From positions 1 through 24,307 of the IMG/VR virus record IMGVR_UViG_3300036815_000036: a stretch of 24,307 bases of DNA; one strand, given 5' to 3'. The position numbers and the translations under genes are program-made. A model generated the notes under the pieces. It was given only the letters and a program-made list of their open reading frames with translations, had not been told where the DNA came from and did no database searches. The DNA is from a virus (Duplodnaviria > Caudoviricetes). Of the stretch, positions 21,984 to 24,307 are shown in pieces. The stretch's first letter is position 1, and each line of letters opens with the position of its first letter.

Positions 21984-24307
21984 GTGGCATGGACGAAGGT
22001 GCAGTCGCCGACGCTGGCGAGCGGCACCACTACGCTGACGCTGACGTGCGCGGCGACCACGGCGCACAACTTCCTGGTCGCTTGCATGATGTCCCCCGCC
22101 GGTGCGACCCCCATCATCCCCCCGTCCGGGCAGCTGCCGTCAGGCACCACCACCGGATGGCGGCTCGCCTCCTCGCATTCGACCGCTGACGGCCGGGTGG
22201 AGCAGTGGTACTGGTTCGACGTTCCCGCCGGTGTCACCAGCTGCGCGTTCAATGTCGGCACCGGCAACACCGCCCGGGGGTCCATCAGCGAACACACCCC
22301 GCCAGCTGGGACGGTCGGCGTGTTCGTGGACGCGGTGGCGCGGAAGTCCGGCACCACCACCGGCACGTCCATGAGCGGCCTCAACGCCAACTGCGCCCAC
22401 ACCCCCGGCGATCTCGGCATTCTGACCGTGGGAGACTTTTTCGCCGCCAACCCTGTCAGCCCGGCCTGGGTGTTCCCGACCGGCTATTCGGTCCTGGCCC
22501 AGATCAACACCTCCACCACCAAGTGCTTCATGGCCAGCGCCAACGAGAACCTTGCGGCGGGCACCATCGCGCAGACCACCGGGCTGACCACCTCGTCCAC
22601 GTCCACCTCGTGGTGTGCGGTGAGTGTCGCCTACCGGGCGGTGCACTGGGCGTTCACCCGGTATGAGGGCGCCGAGCCGTGCTCCGCGTTCGACATATCC
22701 CCCGATGGGCGGCAGCTGATCATCGGCGGCAACGTGTGGGGGCACTTCCGCTACTTCCCCGGCGCCCACCAGGCGCAGCCGTCCAGCACGAACATCCTGG
22801 GCACCAAGGGCAACCAGTCGCCGGTTGGCTATCTGTGGCCACCGGCCGGGTGGGGCGAGGTCAACGCGCTTGGGCAGTCGTACGTGTATTCGGCTACTGG
22901 CAAGTCGGCCAGTGAGCCGGGCGGGTTCCTCGCCTCGGCGGACGGCGGGGTCACCTGGACGCAGCGGTCCACCAGCCGGTCATGGATGATCATCGCGTCG
23001 TCGCCGCCGCTGCCCACCAACGTGGGCGGCCACGAGAATGACCAGGCGGTGGGCCAGGTGCTCGCCGCCGACGTGGGGAACAACCTGATTTACACGGTTG
23101 ACTTCGGCGGCGACTCCGGCCAGGGCGTCTACCGGTCCGCCGACTACGGGGCCACGTGGACGCAGATCGGCACCCCGGGCCTGTACCTGCGGTCCATCCT
23201 GATCAACCCGAACAACGCCTCGGAGGCGTGGGTCGGCGGGTGGGATGCGACCACGACAACGCCCGCGCCCGCCGGGTCGGCCAACGGCGGGGTGTGGCAC
23301 ACCACCAACCTGCTCACCGCTGGTGTTCCCACCGACCCGGCGTCGGTGACGTGGACGCGGCTGTCAGGGTTCACCGGCACCGCCGCCCAGATGGTGTTTC
23401 TCGACACCGGCGCCAACGCCTACCTGTATGTGACCTGCGACCTTGACGGCCTGTACCGGTCCGCTGCGGGCACCGGCACCCTGACCGCGATGAACGGCAC
23501 CGGCAGCACGTACGGCGGCGGCGGCATGACCGCCCTGGACACCACCGGCAGCAGCGACTGGACCGCCATCGACGGGTACGTCTCCGGCGGCAACCATGTG
23601 CTGATCGTCGGCTGTTCGCGGGGCAAGAAGCCCTCCACCAACTACACCGCGATCATCAAGGTGGTCTGCACACCGGGCGGTACGCCGGCGCTCACCGACC
23701 TGACCGGCCCCAACCCGATCAACACCGCCACCCTGCCCGACGGCAGGCCGTGGTGGCATTACAACTGGTCGTGGCAGTTCTGGCTGGGCGGCAACAACTC
23801 GACCGTGATCCAGATCATGGTTGACCCGACCGACGCCACCCACAACACGATCTACGCCTCGTGCGCGGGCGGGTTTTTCCGATCCGACGACGGCGGCGCG
23901 ACGTGGTACATCGAAGTGGCGGGGATGCCCGCCTTCAACGTCGGCGCGGTCGCCTGGTGCCCGATCTGCACCGAGCACCTGATCACGGGCGGGTCGGACT
24001 TCGCCGCCCTGGAGTTCAAGAACTCGGGCGGCACGGCGGGGGCGGTGTCCGGCGCCGATGCGACGGCGATCAACGCCTGCGCGCTGCCCCATGACGCGGG
24101 CACCACCGCTGAGAGCCACTGGGTGGCGTTCGACCCGGTGTCGGGGGACATCTGCCAGACCACCAACGCGGGCTACTCGCAGAACACCCACGGCCGGGTG
24201 TCGTACCGGTTCCACGCCGACCCGGTGACCACGTGGCATGACTGCGGCTATCAGGCCGCCGTGGTGCCGAACAACTCCCCCATGGGGGTGATCACCGGGC
24301 GGCTCGC
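21984..24307 (+). CDS. Large tail-associated protein with Asp-box/BNR beta-propeller (3'-truncated; absent from the ORF track)
   Basis: RBS GGAGGG 21969-21974, GTG 21984 (MAWTKVQSPTLASGTTTLTLTC...). In-frame SADGGVTW (22935-22958), SADYGATW (23136-23159) and SDDGGATW (23883-23906). No stop seen in the segments translated. Confidence 0.85.
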   Translation, partial: MAWTKVQSPTLASGTTTLTLTCAATTAHNFLVACMMSPAGATPIIPPSGQLPSGTTTGWRLASSHSTADGRVEQWYWFDVPAGVTSCAFNVGTGNTARGSISEHTPPAGTVGVFVDAVARKSGTTTGTSMSGLNANCAHTPGDLGILTVGDFFAANPVSPAWVFPTGYSVLAQINTSTTKCFMASANENLAAGTIAQTTGLTTSSTSTSWCAVSVAYRAVHWAFTRYEGAEPCSAFDISPDGRQLIIGGNVWGHFRYFPGAHQAQPSSTNILGTKGNQSPVGYLWPPAGWGEVNALGQSYVYSATGKSASEPGGFLASADGGVTWTQRSTSRSWMIIASSPPLPTNVGGHENDQAVGQVLAADVGNNLIYTVDFGGDSGQGVYRSADYGATWTQIGTPGLYLRSILINPNNASEAWVGGWDATTTTPAPAGSANGGVWHTTNLLTAGVPTDPASVTWTRLSGFTGTAAQMVFLDTGANAYLYVTCDLDGLYRSAAGTGTLTAMNGTGSTYGGGGMTALDTTGSSDWTAIDGYVSGGNHVLIVGCSRGKKPSTNYTAIIKVVCTPGGTPALTDLTGPNPINTATLPDGRPWWHYNWSWQFWLGGNNSTVIQIMVDPTDATHNTIYASCAGGFFRSDDGGATWYIEVAGMPAFNVGAVAWCPICTEHLITGGSDFAALEFKNSGGTAGAVSGADATAINACALPHDAGTTAESHWVAFDPVSGDICQTTNAGYSQNTHGRVSYRFHADPVTTWHDCGYQAAVVPNNSPMGVITGRL

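Noticed and set aside
21989-24094. Several short track ORFs after the tape measure gene
   Set aside because: Out-of-frame fragments inside the long open frame starting at 21984.

Overview
High-GC, actinobacterial-type siphovirus (phage or prophage) virion morphogenesis module, almost all on the + strand. Order: 750-aa modular protein (three W-D-x-x-L-H-P-R-x-x-H-G-x-[WF] tags, each leading a different domain: ParB/Srx-like, coiled-coil plus hydrophobic hairpin, zeta-toxin-like kinase); small separately promoted ORF (candidate antitoxin); extended HK97-type prohead protease; HK97-fold major capsid; GT4 glycosyltransferase-FkbM methyltransferase fusion with a probable ATC start; second methyltransferase; a cluster of putative appendage proteins including an Ala/Gly repeat fibre; head-tail adaptor; tail terminator; a structured intergenic region; tail tube; tail chaperone with a -1 frameshift site; gp10-like neck protein; tape measure with SLT domain; and a truncated Asp-box beta-propeller protein missing from the ORF track. 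Two antisense moron-like genes interrupt the operon. No terminase, portal, integrase, lysis, tRNA or CRISPR genes were seen. The best novelty candidates are the tagged capsid-cargo toxin polyprotein with its putative antitoxin and the virion glycosylation/O-methylation cassette. All family calls come from motif recognition by eye; no database search was run.
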